From Camelus dromedarius (taxonomy: Eukaryota): a DNA stretch of 64,000 nucleotides. Every line of letters begins with the position of its first letter. Within the stretch, counting starts at the first letter, position 1. Shown here in pieces: positions 26,320 to 39,474 of the stretch. Position numbers and translations under genes: made by a program. The notes below the pieces were generated by a model that saw only the letters and a list, made by a program, of their open reading frames with translations, had not been told where the DNA came from and did no database searches. The stretch lies in NCBI RefSeq assembly GCF_036321535.1, contig NC_087436.1, positions 75,332,001 to 75,396,000 of the forward strand. The letters run 5' to 3'.

Positions 26320-27170
26320 GTTCACTAATCCATTAATTCATAAAATACTTGTTAAGTTCCTAGTATGTACCCAGCACCTTACTAGGCACTGGGATACAGT
26401 GAATCAGACAGATGCAATTCTGTATTCAGGGAACCAAGTCTTGATGGAGATGTGAATAAACAATTATTAAAGAGAATGGATAAAGGATGGGTTAGTGTTT
26501 TAGATAGGGGGAACAAGATACCTGAAAGCTGGGAGAGAGAAGGGGAGAGAGAGGAAGAGAGAGGAGAATAGCACATTGGAGGAGCTAAAAGCATTTCATG
26601 GAGTAGTGGGAGGGGAGTGGTGAGAGATGAGGTTAAAGAGAGAATCCTGGACTCGCTAATGAAGGGTTGGAAGCCCTTGGACTTTGTCTTAAGGCAGTAA
26701 GAATTATTGCAGGGTTTTGAGCTAGAGAGAGATGTGATCAGCTTTGCATTTTCACAAAGATATCTGTGTTCTGGCTGGAACACAGATGGCCTGGAGAACA
26801 GCTTGGATGGAATGAGAGTGAGTGATGGTGGCGCTGACCCCAGGGGTAGCACTGGGATGGAGAGGAGTAGGGATTTAAGAGACACTAAGGAGGTAAGGTC
26901 AGTAAGACTTGGTAATTAGAGAGGAATCAAGGATGACTTCCAGGCTTCTGGACTCGGGCCAACTAGATGATCAGTGATACCATTTGCTGAGAGAGGGAAC
27001 ATAGGAGGAGGAGTAGGTTTAGAAGAAGGACAATGAAGTAAGTTTTGGACAAACTCACTTTGAGAAATGTGTGAAAAAGTCAAGGGAAGATGTTGTTGAT
27101 CAGGCAATTGCATTTTAGGGTCTGGAGTTGAGGAGAGAGGTCTTGGATGCAGACACTGAGTTAAGAATAT
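26320..27170 (-). mobile_element. L2 LINE (3' ~850 bp)
   Basis: 'ctaggcactgggatacagtgaa', 'gcagggttttgagc...gatgtgatcagctttgcattt', 'gaggaatcaaggatgacttccaggcttctgg'. Confidence 0.9.
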
Positions 27171-27379
27171 TTTGGTAAATCTGTGGGAAATAAAGAATCT
27201 GAGAAATGGTCCATGGCTTCCTCGTATGTAAGTTAAATTAGGGAATTAAGACTTACGTATGCAAAGCAGGACTGCCAGCACTAGATGCTCAGTGGCAACT
27301 TGAGAGATGCAATAAATACTCCCAGAGTCTGGAACAGGAAAATTTAGTAGCTGAGGGGAATCAGGGATGTTTTCAAACC

Positions 27380-27965
27380 AGGATAATCTTTCTCTCCTTG
27401 TCTCTCCTTGCCTAGAACCCTCAGTGGTCTCTCACTAATTTTAGGCTGGGGTCCATAGCTTGGTGGCAAAGGCTTTCCCTAAACTGAGTTCTCCCCAACT
27501 CTCAACTCTGCACCTTCCATTCTGTTTTTCTCCCTCATTTTCCAGTTTGGCACCTACTTATTCATTCCCCCAAATGTGAAGCCACTTCTCACTTCTGTGT
27601 CTCTGCCTGTGGTTCTGCCTTACTCGATTCCTGGTCTGCTCTTCTGTACCTTGTCTGACTGGCAACTCCAATTGCCTTTTCAAACAAAGCTCTGCCCAGA
27701 TTGTTCTCCTTACGATGCTTGCTCTTGCCCCTAAAGATAGCATTAATCCCTCCTTGCTCTACTTCTCTCCCTTATACGTACTTCTGTTATTGCATATAGT
27801 GCTTTTGGGGGCGCTGTTTTTTGTTTTTGTTTATATTTCTATCACCCTTCCCAAACTTTTAAGCTCCTTACTGACAGTGACCAGTTTCTTTCAATTATAT
27901 ACCCTGTATCTAACATAGTGCTTGGCACATACAAGATGCTCAATAATTCTGGACTGGAATGATTA
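27380..27965 (+). mobile_element. L2 LINE 3' part
   Basis: Ends 'tatctaacatagtgcttggcacatacaagatgctcaataa...gaatga'. Confidence 0.8.
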
Positions 27966-28244
27966 CATTAAGCTTCAGGTATAAGTAGATTACAGAGTAG
28001 ATTGCAGGAGTTTGGAAACTATATATTGGAATAGATCTACTAGATTTTTGTATGTTTACTAGCTTACTAGCTCTGATTACAAACTCAGTGCTGCATACTT
28101 ATTGCTAGCAATGGTGGTATTAATGGAGTCCAGCCAAATCAGAATCATTTTCGTTCACATCTTAGCTTTACTTCCCATTCTTCTGTCTCAAAACGCTGAA
28201 ATTGTGAAAGTTGTAACCAACCCCCAAAGCCTATTGAACTTAAA

Positions 28245-28360
28245 ATTCAATCAGTAATTCCCCCTTCATTCACAGACAATTATTGAGTGTTCACCCTGGG
28301 TCCACACTGAGGATATGGGGACAGACATGTCTGTACACTCAGGTGGCTCATAGCTTCAGG
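28245..28360 (-). mobile_element. L2 3' terminus
   Basis: 'ttcattcacagacaattattgagtg...actgaggatatgggga'. Confidence 0.5.
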
Positions 28361-31197
28361 GGAGAGTTTGCAACAGGCTTTTGTGTTAATAGCCCTCATT
28401 TCCGCTGCCAGTAAGCTATCATACCAAATAAACCGAGTTGTTGGTTCTGATATCTTCTGATTTCTTTCAGGTATTATTAACACTTGAAGTAAAAATTGCA
28501 TTTTTTTTCTTAAGATATGTGAGTTTTTGAAGATCTGCTGCATTCTCATGTGCTTTCATTGGGCCGTGGGTGAAAGCATTTTTCAGAGAAGTTATTCTTT
28601 TCAGCATTAAAATTCTGAGACTGATATATAATCACACAGGATTTGCTATAGAGGTTTAAATTTATGGAAACCTTCTCAAGCAGATCTATTTGAGCAAGCT
28701 GTGCACAGCCCTAGCAGACTTTTTCTTTCAGCCCAGCTTTCCTTGAGGCTCCTCCACCCCATCCAGATGATTTTTCTTTCTTCCTCCCATACCTATAGAG
28801 TTATTATACTATTTCTTTTGCTATAGAGTGAGGAACATGTTTGCTTCTTTATGATTATAGAGGAATTATGTAGTCTGGGGAGAGGAATGGCTATTGTGTT
28901 AAAAATGTCTATGCTAGGTCTTCATAATAAAAGCAGTGTAGGCAAAAGCCAAAACTGCGCAACGTTCACACCTCAATTTGTGCCACTCGGAGAAGAAGAT
29001 GATATGTTAGCATTAGGAAGTCATGTTTACCCCTGAGCTGCTTTTCAGGGCTGAAATATACTGCAGTGCAAAGACCATTGGAGCATTTGTGCATCGTGCC
29101 AGGGATCCCAGTGGTATCGAGTGACGAGTAGTGTAGATTCAAGTGGAAAGAAAAAGAGTTAACTATTAATTACTTATTCAGGCATGTACCCTGCAAGAAT
29201 GGGAAAATGTGAGATTATTTTGCCAGCATTAACTAGAGTAAATCATGGACTATGTAATAATTTCGGCATGGATTTAAGTAGTTGTGGATAAATAGGTACC
29301 TGGGACCATCTCCATGGGGATAGTTTGTTTTATTAAATGAACTCGCTAACCAGGCTATTAAAGCTCTGTACTACTTCAGCATGGTCCCAAACCTAGCCTA
29401 TAAAATTCCTTTACTCTCTCTTACTGTGTATGGTTCAGGTCTGTAAGGCTGGTGCCCTGTCAATGCTGGCTTGGAGTTCTTGGGGGTTTCTCATCAAGTC
29501 TCCTACCATTAATTGTCCTTGTGCAGACCGGGGCCCCCTGAAGAGGGTGCAGGGAGTCAGGAGGGACAGCTAATTACTATTGGTTTTTACTTCAGGTTTG
29601 ACCAGGAAAACAACCCCATTCCTGTTTCGTTTGAGAATTAGTTCAGTATTTATGCAAGAAATGAGATCTTTGTTTGGTGGTCCATAATGTGCCTCTTCTT
29701 AAAATAAAACCAAACCAAACCAAAAAACAGTATCTCTGGCAGCATAAGCACTAGCATCGACCACTTTCTGAATCTGGGCTTTCAGTCCAGCAGCATCGTA
29801 CTCTTAGCAGGCCCCAAGCAAATGTTTGTGGAATGAATGCACAAACGACAGTCTCAGTTTCGATATCACAGAGTTGTGAGCACTTTTTTGGGAGAAAGTA
29901 AGGAGACAGCTAGAGGAACAGGAGTGTCTGGAGATGAGGAGCAAGGAACAATTATGGATTTATTCAGGGAATTCAGGAGACAGAAGGTGACAGAGTGTAG
30001 ACGAAGGGAGAGTTTTGCCTGAGACATAGAAGGAATGTTTCTTCCCTTGAGAACCTAAAAAGTAGAAGGGAAGGCAGTAGATTCAAACGAGTTTGTGGAG
30101 GTGGATGCGAGAGTGGTTTGGTGTAACTGGGGTAGGTTGCATGTGAGGATGAAGAGTTGGTAAAGAATGGTTGAAGTTGGGCAGAGCCATTGAGTGGAAT
30201 GGAAGGGATTCTGACTTGGTTGGCTCCCCTGGGCAGATGCCGGGGGCCTGCACAGAAGGTCGTAGGTTTACAAGTCTAGGTTTGGAACTGTGTGCTGGCC
30301 TTATATCTCATTTTGTTCTCTTTAGCTCCTTGATTTCTGACTTCTCAGCCCTAACATCTATTTATAAGTAACCTAAACCCCTCCAGTTAGACATACAATC
30401 AGCTTCTCTGTCTCTTTAACTTTACTTCTACTTCCTAACCATAGCCCTTGTCTTTCTGCAGCTCAACAATTCTGCAAATGGATTTCTGAGTGAGAAATCT
30501 ATGATAGGACTCAGCTCTCAAAACCTTCTTTTTTCCCAACTTTAACAGGCAGCCTTCACTATTCCATCTTGTGTGTTGGACTCAGACAAAGGGAGCAGAT
30601 CAAGGACAAATAAAAAAATTAGTGACCTGGTCAAGGGTTCAGCTGTGATGTGAAGTGGAGTCTATTGTAGGAATATGTGAGGTTTGTATAATTGTGTGCA
30701 GCAGCCCTGAGAGATCAGATTTTGGGTTTGATCCATAGTTAGTGGTTGGTGGGGAGTTATGTGAGAAGATACATGGATGAGGAAGATAAGGGTGTTGGCC
30801 AATATTACTGAAGTGACATTCCATAGGGTCCACAGTGGGGCTGGAGAGATGCCAGTGACAGACAGGCTGATAGGCTGACAGCAGAGGAGGTGTCAGTTGA
30901 ACAAGATCCTGGTAAGGCTCAAGATAGTGAAAGCATAACTGGGATTTCATACCCGTTTTATGTTTTTGTGGACAACTCTTATATCCCATTTCAACTCTCT
31001 AACCCTTCTTAAAACTACACATTTTGAGGATTCACAGTCATGTTAGAAGGTTGGATTAGATGACCCAAAACATCCTTTTATGGTCCATGATTCTATTATG
31101 TTCTAAAAGGAGAAAAAACAAAATTAAGTGACTTACTTTGTCAATGATGACAGCAGAAATACAATGTATCTTTAGAACTTTAGCCCTATGTTGACCT

Positions 31198-31255
31198 GTT
31201 TCCTTTCTTCCTGCCTCCCTTCCTCCTACCCTCCCTCCCTCCCTTCCTTCCACCT
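31198..31255. repeat. (CCTT/CCCT)n low-complexity pyrimidine tract
   Basis: ttcctttcttcctgcctcccttcctcctaccctccctccctcccttccttcc. Confidence 0.8.
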
Positions 31256-32014
31256 TGTTCATCTTGCATATGCATTTTAGTACTTGACCTGGAAGATTCC
31301 TGAACTGTGCCTCTGAAGGGCATGAAATTCTCTGATATGCTGATGATGGTATTTTTTCTTTCTTTTTTAATGATGTATTTTATGATTCCTTACCTCAGAG
31401 TAATTATTTCAAAGTCAAGATTCCATAATAGGTGTTCATGCAGCGAAGGTCTTGGACAGGTTCTGACAGAGCATCACCAACAAGGATATTTTTACCATTT
31501 TGGTAGGCAGGGGTCCTGATATGTATTCTGAGCTCCAGAGAGATGCTGGATGCATTACAAGTAGCAGCCTTTTCTCTGGGCTCCAGAATTTTTTATTTCT
31601 CCTCCCTTAGCTGCTCATGAGGGAGACTCTGGCCCTAGAGGTTTTTTTCTTCATCTGCTACCCATTTTCTGAAGTTTATTTTCCTATCACTTGTCCTTCC
31701 TCTTCACCTCAGTGGGATAGCACTGTGGCTTCCAAGAGCGCTGCCTGTAATCAGATCATTCTTACTTGTAGGATTGGTTTTGGTCTCTAGGAAGTCATTG
31801 ATCCATTACTTAGCCATGAGAGAAGAAAAGTGGAAAGCCTGAGACTCTCAAAAGAAAATTGCTGTTCTCTCTTTCTTTCCTGCCAGAATCACTTCTTTCA
31901 CGATAGATAACTCCCAAGGTGTTTCTGGGAGATGTCTTCAATGCTGTGGTTTTACCTACTGATTTGAAGCCCCCACGTGACCTAGATCTGTATGTGAGTT
32001 ATCAATTATAGCAT

Positions 32015-32235
32015 CATGATAATAAATGACATTTTTCATATCCTAGATATGGTAATAGGTGCTTTTATATGTATTATTTCATTTAAGTTTCAGAACAGCC
32101 TCGTGTGGCAGATGCTGTTACCACCCCCTCATTACAAACGAGGAATCTGGAGTTTAAAAGTAAAACCACTTACTGATAGCCATTTAGCTAAGTGATATGG
32201 ATGGGATTTGAGCCCTCATGTCTGAGTTAAGTCTC
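32015..32235 (-). mobile_element. MIR SINE
   Basis: 'gtgcttttatatgtattatttcatttaa...cattacaaacgaggaatctg...gggatttgagccc'. Confidence 0.8.
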
Positions 32236-33138
32236 AGAAGAATGATCTTTTTTTAAAAATCCTAATTTTGACAGCCGCACAGGACAGTTGCATGCTGGTA
32301 GGGTTTAATTGCATGAAATCATTATATCGTGAGTGGTATAATTGGACTGAGTTGTATGATTGGGCTGACTATATATTTGAGACATCCCATAACAAACCAT
32401 ATTATAAAAGAAAAACAAAGTCAAAAGCTCCTCCCCACACTTGCAAAGAGAAGCAGATTTTGATCCACGTTGCTGATGCCTTTCTCACACGGCAATTGTT
32501 TCGAAAACTCTTGCTATTTCAATCTTTCCCTTTCATTCTGCCTCTTTCCTTCTCATTCTTCCTGATTTTTCTCTTTTTATTTTCCCTTTTTCCTGCCCTT
32601 GTGTCCCCTCTCCTTCCAAAAACGCTCCCAGTGTATTTCTTAGTAGGAGCTTCAGGTGCTCTCATAAATTACTTACTGTGACTGCCTCGTGTTTCTGCAG
32701 TGGGTTTGTGGAGAACTTTCTCATGGGGGCACTATCTGCAATTATTAATGACAGTTACACACTGATCTGAGGAAGAAGCTTAGAAACACTTGGGCTGTTT
32801 CTTGCAAAGTTCAGAGTACCTATATAAACATAAGAAGGATGGAGGAAAGGCATTGCAGGAGACACTCAGTTTCCCAGATGGGTATACCCATATCAGGAGC
32901 ACAGGTCATGTGCGAGAATTTCATCATGAGCACGGACTAATTCTAGAAGGGTTTTTTATTTGGGGTATGTTAAGGGTAAGAGTTTCCATTTTGGTTTTTT
33001 TCCTGGCAGTGTTCATCCTAACTAGATCGTATCTCAGGGGTGGTTCTGCCCCATGTGCAGGTTGTGTCCTGAGCAACCCTAGGGGATGCTATTTATATTT
33101 CTACACAACTGTATATGGAAGTCTAGACTGAAGGTATA

Positions 33139-33791
33139 CAGTTAATTCTCATTATTTTCAATAGTTATATTCTATAAGTCGCCATGAACACTGAATTAGC
33201 AAATACTGAACCATTGCTTCTAGGAGAAAAACAGGATAGGGCTTCTCTGAGCCTCTGATCACAACATTTTCATCAACCTATCAATATTAAACTTGTTTTA
33301 TGTGTGTTCTGATTAAAGACACCTTATTTAATATATAATATTGATTCATTAATGTTGAACTCATGACCAACAGCAGTATAGCTCATGCCTTAACAAAGCT
33401 TATCTAACACATGTATTTTCTCTATAAGAACCATCACAACATTCTTGATTGTAGGAACACCAGATAGTACATCAGCGCTACACTTGGCAGCCATTTTAAA
33501 CAGTAAAATCACCAACGAAAAGTGCAAAAATGTGAAAAATGTAGCACTAAATAGACTGCAAAAAAGTTACTTGTTTATAGTCTAGGAGCTGAAACAAGAA
33601 GTCAGAGGGTCACCTTATTTGACCTCAGCTGGGATTGTGTGTCAGGTGACTCAGATTTTTCATTGCTCTAATTCAGGTCCTTGAATGACCATGAAAGCAC
33701 AGTAAGTATGGATTTGGGGGTTACAAATAAATTTTAACCAGTAAGTGAATTTGCAAATATGGAATGGGTGAGTAATGAGGATTAACAACTG
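33139..33791 (-). mobile_element. Full-length MER82 (TcMar-Tigger)
   Basis: TA|CAGTTAATTCTCATTA...TAATGAGGATTAACAACTG|TA imperfect TIRs with TA TSD; 653 bp; minus strand has a degraded Tigger N-terminal HTH (EKIHVLDKLC*GMSYTAVGHEFNINES). Confidence 0.9.
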
Positions 33792-34160
33792 TATGTTCTT
33801 TTAACTAAGAATTGGAGGAACCCAAGGAGGGAGGTGTTGAGTTGAGACTGATCTTATGGGAAATAGGGTTCTAGCATTTAGAGTGGGAAGCTACTTTGGA
33901 CAATAGCCAGCCTAATCTCATCAGTTCTTGGATGAAGAAGAGGCTCAAAAACATATGACCTGTTGAAGGCCACGCAGCTAATGACTGGTGAGTAAACATT
34001 TAAGCTGGAGTAGCAGTTTATGGGGACAGAAGACTTGATGCACCACACTGATGCCCTGCCCATCTCTGTGTGCCATGGTGAAGGTCCCTGGAGCTGTTAG
34101 ATTGAAAGGGAAGGGCGAGGGGATTGTTGTCATTAAATAGCTCTTCCATGTGTGGGCTTC

Positions 34161-34519
34161 TGTCTTAGTTATATGGGCCACTCTTACAGAATACCTTAGA
34201 CTGGGTGACTTAACAAACAACAGGAACTTATTTCTCACAGTTCTAGAAGCTAGAAGTCCAAGATCAAGGTGCCAACAGATTCAGTGTCTGGTGAGACTTG
34301 CTTCCTAGTGCAGAGACCAACATCTTGCTATGTCCTCACATGGTGGAAGAGAACAGGGCTGTCTCTTGGACTTCTTTTATAAGAGCACTAATTATATTCT
34401 TGAGGGCTCTGTCTTCATGACCTAATCACCTACCCAAAAGACTCCATTTCCAAATGCCATCACATTGGAGATTAAGTTGCAACATACGAATTTTAGGGGG
34501 ACACACTCAGGCTATAACT
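34161..34519 (-). mobile_element. Solo MaLR LTR (MLT1A-like)
   Basis: 'ttatttctcacagttctagaagctagaagtccaagatcaaggtgcc...catgacctaatcacc'; TSD gcttc (34156-34160)/gcttt (34520-34524). Confidence 0.9.
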
Positions 34520-35339
34520 GCTTTGTACCCCATTTATTTAATTCTTTTTAAAAAAAAATTTTTTTTTTTTTGCAAACTTATTTTGTCCCAGCACTGTGCT
34601 AGGTACTGGGGGGGCTGGGGGTCAATGGGACCCCATGAGAAATTAACAGTCCAGTTGAAGGCCTTCACAGGAGTGGGCAACTGGAGTGTTCACTGGCATT
34701 GAACCATCTGAGAGAAAAACTCCTTTCCCAGCAAGAAATACTTCTTCAGAGGTACTAGACTTAATGTCAGGTCTCAGAATCCTGCCCTTAGAAGCCTCTC
34801 ATGTCACCTACCTGGCAACGTTTTTCCTGAACCCAGATAGGGCTAGACTATATATACTTAAGTGACTTTTATAGTCATTTGGTTCAGTTTTTTTTTTCTC
34901 AGATAAAATATGTGATGCCTATGTCAGAGTATAGTGCCACCCTTTTATGTGATTACAGTAAAATGTCCAAAGGTCCTTTGTAGATCCTGTTGGTTCCAAG
35001 GAATTTGAATCAGTAATTTTTACTTATTCAATGCTAAGTAAAATAACTTCATTAATTATATATGTGTATCTGCATGCATATAAATATAAATAGATGTATA
35101 TATATTTTTCTCCTCTCAAGCATGAAGAATGGAAGAGAGAATGTGATTTTCATAACCGCATCCTCTCTTGGAAATGGAGATCGATGACTGACAAGGGAAA
35201 CTTGGAGCACTGTCTGGGGAAACTGGATTGAGCCCCATGGGAAAGTGCCCCACGTCTGGTGTGTGTCATTTTGGCATTGGCAGGTGTCTATACTCACTCT
35301 CTGAAGGAGAAGTGAACTTCAGATCTGGATTTGGGGGCA

Positions 35340-35560
35340 TGAGTGGCACTGTGAGTAGTGGTTAATAGCATGTGCTTTGAAGTTAGGTTGAACTGGTTAC
35401 TAATCCTGTCTCCATGTCATGTTGGGCATGTTGTTAAAGCTCCCTTTGCTTCCAGAGTCTTACCTGGAAATATGATGATAACATAATACAATATAGAAAA
35501 TTATATAGAATGCTTAGTGTGATGTTGATAGCTAAGGCTGGATAAATGGTATTTCTGTAG
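35340..35560 (+). mobile_element. MIR SINE (diverged)
   Basis: 'gtagtggttaatagcatgtgctttgaagttagg...aatcctgtctcca' head. Confidence 0.6.
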
Positions 35561-36164
35561 TAGTAATTAGTCAGTAGGTTCTGGGTGTTATCAGGGGCCG
35601 TGTGCACTGGTTTAATCTAAGGCAGGAGCTTCCAACCCTGGACTCCTCTACCAGGTACTTGTCTTCCTGCTGTAAGTGGTCTTAGGCTGAGGGACAGTTC
35701 TGCCTCCAGTTCTGGGCCTGTGGAGAGTCTCATTTCCAGGTGCATTAGTGCCAGTCTGCCTGTCACTTAGCCCTCAGCGGTTGTCATTTTGAGTAGCGAT
35801 AGTGTTCATTGCATCTAATAAACACCCCCTGGTCTATATTTTTATTTTATATAAATGTGGAGCTTAGCTGAGAAAAATAAGGATGGCCATAGAGAGCATT
35901 TTAGCTCCGGGGACAAGAACTGAGTTGTTTTGTTTGTGGAGGGCCGCATGCCAATATCTGGTGAGGATGTGGTCAAGAGGTGGGGGAAGATAACCCAGGG
36001 AACAGCAGTATTACAGATATGCCCAGACATTCATCCAGGATGTGTGCAGAGGAATATGCTTGCTACAGAGGTATGCAGTTTCTTTTAACTCTTGCTCTTG
36101 CTGCCTGTTCTCATAATCAGATTGGTTTTTCAGCCTTGATAAGAAGATCACAATTATTATATAA

Positions 36165-36410
36165 TAATTCTTCATCACTTACCACTGTGTGTCCTGGCCA
36201 AGTGACTTAATTTCTCTGAGCCTCAGTTTCTCTTGCTGTAAAATGAGGGGATATTTTTTGTATCCATCTCCTAGGGTTGTAATGAGAATTAAATGAGAGA
36301 AATATGTGCATGAGAAAACAACTGTGCATGAAATACTGTGGGATCACAGACTTATCACCATGCCTACCTTATATCAGAATAAGCATTTGATAAATGTCAG
36401 CTGATATTAT
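36165..36410 (+). mobile_element. MIR SINE
   Basis: 'ggccaagtgacttaatttctctgagcctcagtttctc...gtaaaatgagg...agggttgtaatgagaattaaatgag'. Confidence 0.9.
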
Positions 36411-36763
36411 TTAAATTGCCATTCAACTGTAGTTAATACAGAAAAATACAAGTTTGATCTCCCTTAATCTTAAATAAATAGACACAGAATACTGAGGAGC
36501 TCTCTAGTTTCTGGTCCCTGGGATTTATAAACTACTGTGTGTGTGTACTTGCACATGCATGTGTGAGTTTGTACATCTGTGTATTTAAATTAGAATGATC
36601 TAGCTCACTGAGAGCTCCCAACTTGGGGCTCACAGGCTTGCCTATTTTGGGAAAGTCCTGCAGTGTTCTTTGGAGGTGAGTCATCCCCCCTCCCTGACTG
36701 CCAAAATAACACCCTGCAGGCAGTCAGTCACTGAAGAGGGGCTAGTGCAGTGCCAGCCTCAGA

Positions 36764-36793
36764 CAGGCAGGTAGGCAGGCAGGTAGGCAGGTA
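36764..36793. repeat. (GGCA/GGTA)n tetranucleotide repeat
   Basis: caggcaggtaggcaggcaggtaggcaggta. Confidence 0.8.
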
Positions 36794-37297
36794 TTGAGCC
36801 CATGGGCTGAAGAGCAGGGTTTTGGGGTATGACAGCAAGGAGGCAGGGGAATAAAGAAAAAAACGCAGGGTATAACCGAGAATGAACACTTAGCAGACTA
36901 CTGACTGAGCAGAGAATATTTGATGGGATGTATGATAAAATCATTTTCTGAAAATGTTCTCCTACTTTATGTTTGAGCTCTGCCCCCACCCTCAAGCTTA
37001 GACTTTTTGGATATATTTAGGTATAAAAAAGCAGTTTGCAGGAGACCTGGAACGGCATTAATTGGTTTCTATCTTTGGTGCTCCTTTTTATCTTCCAGCT
37101 CCTAGTTCCACCAATTTATTCTTTTCTCTCTAATAAGCCTTACTTGGATTTTGAAATACCCCCAATATAGCCAACATTCCACAGTGGTGATGCTTTGTTA
37201 GTAGGGAAGAGTCTGAGTTATAGAATATTAATAATGTGCTAAGCAATGAGTTCTGTATTAGCATAAATAAAATAATTTATTTTAGATTTAAAAAAAG

Positions 37298-37529
37298 ATT
37301 ATGATAACACTGTATTGTCAAATGGGAATTTACTGCAAGAGTAGAACTAAAGTGTTCTCACCAAAAAAAAAAAAAGGATAAATATGTGAGGTTACAGATG
37401 TGTTAATTAACTAGATGAGAGGGATCCTTTCACAGCGTATACGTATATCAAATCACCATGATGTACACTTCAGATACCTTACATTTTATTTGTCTATTAT
37501 ACCTCAATAAGGTTGAAATTTAAAAAAAA
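37298..37529 (+). mobile_element. L1MA9/10-type LINE-1 3' end with A tail
   Basis: 'gagtagaactaaagtgttctcacc...tcctttcacagcgtatacgtatatcaaatca...attatacctcaataagg' followed by an A-run. Confidence 0.85.
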
Positions 37530-37809
37530 TTCTAGGAACAGTATTATTAGTATTTTTGTGATAAAATATAAAAAAGGAGATTGAATTATACCGAATAATG
37601 CATTGTGTTGCCTCTTATTTAGCTTACAGCTTACAGAAATTGTTACTTAAAGCATTTGTGCCATTGGCTGAGATTTCTTAGGTAGAGATATTTGTTAAGC
37701 TTGTATTGTTTTAATTGGATTTGACTTTTAGCCCTCTCTAATTCATTGAACTGGCAACTTTTTTATTTTTTTGATCAGAAGAAAAAACTGAGATGAACTT
37801 TTCGCTTCC

Positions 37810-38345
37810 TTTTTTATTTTTACTGTTTATTATGGAAAATTCCAAACAAATACAAAAGAATAATGTAATGAGTTCCTATGTATTATCACCACCTATCAAT
37901 TCATGGCCAGTTTATTTAATCTGCACAGTCACTTGCTTCTTCCCATCTTGTATTATTTTATTTCGAAGTAAGAGATATCCTGCCAAAGTTCAGTAGGTAT
38001 TCTGTGTGAATTGGTGGGTCTGTAGATGTAATTTTCGGTGTATTTGTGGGAGGGGGTGAGCTATGTGTCCTTCTACTCCTCCATCTTGGCACTGCCCCCC
38101 TATCATGTATTATTTTAAAGTAAATCCAATGATATCTTTCCATCAATAAATATTCAATATGTGTATAAATGATAGTGATACTTTAAAAAATATAAGCAAA
38201 TGTTTTCACACTTAATAAAATAATTAATCGTTCCTTAATAACTTCAGATATTCAGCCATGCTCAATTTTCTGTCTCTAATTGCCCTTGGTTTGTTCATAA
38301 GGATTCATATTAGGTCCAGACATTGTGATTGGTTATGCTCCATTT
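37810..38345 (-). mobile_element. L1MC-type 3' end (host of the nested L1 5' fragment)
   Basis: 'ttattatggaaaattccaaaca...tcaattcatggcca' resumes after the insertion with 'ttattttaaagtaaatcc...ccatcaataaatattc'. Confidence 0.7.
37961..38101 (-). mobile_element. Retroposed LINE-1 5'-end fragment (~140 bp) with 16-bp TSD
   Basis: Minus strand 'ggggcagtgccaagatggaggagtagaaggac...ctcaccccctcccacaaatacacc' is an L1 5' UTR start; TSD atcttgtattatttta (37945-37960)/atcatgtattatttta (38102-38117). Confidence 0.8.
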
Positions 38346-38459
38346 TATTTATTTCTTTAGTAAACTTTTTCTGAAGTTGTGCTTTTTAAAAAAAATTTTA
38401 AATGTCTAGTGCCAGATGCCATCAGTGTGAACAGGATTAGTTTTCTAACTCTTTTAGAA

Positions 38460-38560
38460 ACCTGTATGACCATGAGCACATTATTTCACCTCTCTGACCT
38501 TCAGTTTCCTCGTTTGTAAAGTGAGAGTGTTGAGCTAGAAGACCTTTAAAGTCATCTTTA
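38460..38560 (+). mobile_element. MIR3-like core
   Basis: 'cacctctctgaccttcagtttcctcgtttgtaaagtgagagtgttgagctaga'. Confidence 0.7.
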
Positions 38561-39474
38561 ATTTTGTAATGACATAAACTACTGGCAAGGGGAAAAAAGA
38601 TACTTGGACTTTCTTTTTCCTTTTGAGAGAGGAAATGGCTTTTAGAAAGGTCACAAGTCAGAGCCACAGATAAAACATTGAATGGTGTCTGGGAGATTCT
38701 TTTTGTTTTGTTTTTAGAAGATTCTGCTCTCATGGAAGCTGATATTTGGCTTATTACCTCTGGAGTACACGAACTATCCTTTTCACTTGTATTTAACGGA
38801 GCGTAGTTTGGGGCTGATTTGAAGTAGGTTATGGAAAAAAAACACATTTATTTGGGATTTAATTTTAAAAACTTGTTAGGTAAGTGAGTTTTCTTTTGGC
38901 AATGGTGGGCTATATTATTTTAAACCACTCTCCCCCCAAAGTAACTGGAAAATGTATGCAAAATATGAAAAACGTTTTGCTTAAAGGCATTAGGAGAGCT
39001 ATTGAGATAGTAAGAAATTATAGGACCAAGATACAGGTGAGGAAATATCCCAAAAGCAGTGGTTGAGAGGCTAAGAAACTGAGCACAGCTTTTAATACAA
39101 TCATGGAGCCAATGCAGAATCAAAATGGGACTAGGGCCTACTTGGGAGCAGGGCCGGCAAATACCCTAGACTGTCACTTGAGAACCTGAAGGATTGATTG
39201 CATCCTAGAAGCAAGAATAAGCAGGAAATAGACTAGTCCCACAAAGACTGGAGCTGAGCTGTGAATCAGGTCAATCCCTGGTTGGATTAAGATGACTTTA
39301 GAATTATTGGTGCCCTTAGACTAGCTGCCTGCTGAAAGTGAAATTATTCCTCTCTGGAGGAAGATAGCATCATCCAGAGCCTCCAATGATCTCTACTACT
39401 TTTTAAAAAAAATATAAATTGTTCTCTCCTCAAGAAGAAATAGCCAGGCACATGAGAAAACAAGATGTAACTGG

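Noticed and set aside
26382..26885. 167-aa minus-strand ORF
   Set aside because: Entirely within a degraded L2; no recognisable host protein.
26320..27965. Oppositely oriented L2 pair as an L2-derived miRNA (miR-28/151-like) or dsRNA source
   Set aside because: The 3' tails point away from each other ~1.6 kb apart and the copies are highly diverged; no compact hairpin.
28445..28476. tttctttCAG|GTATTA as a recursive splice site
   Set aside because: Good acceptor but weak donor; such motifs are common by chance.
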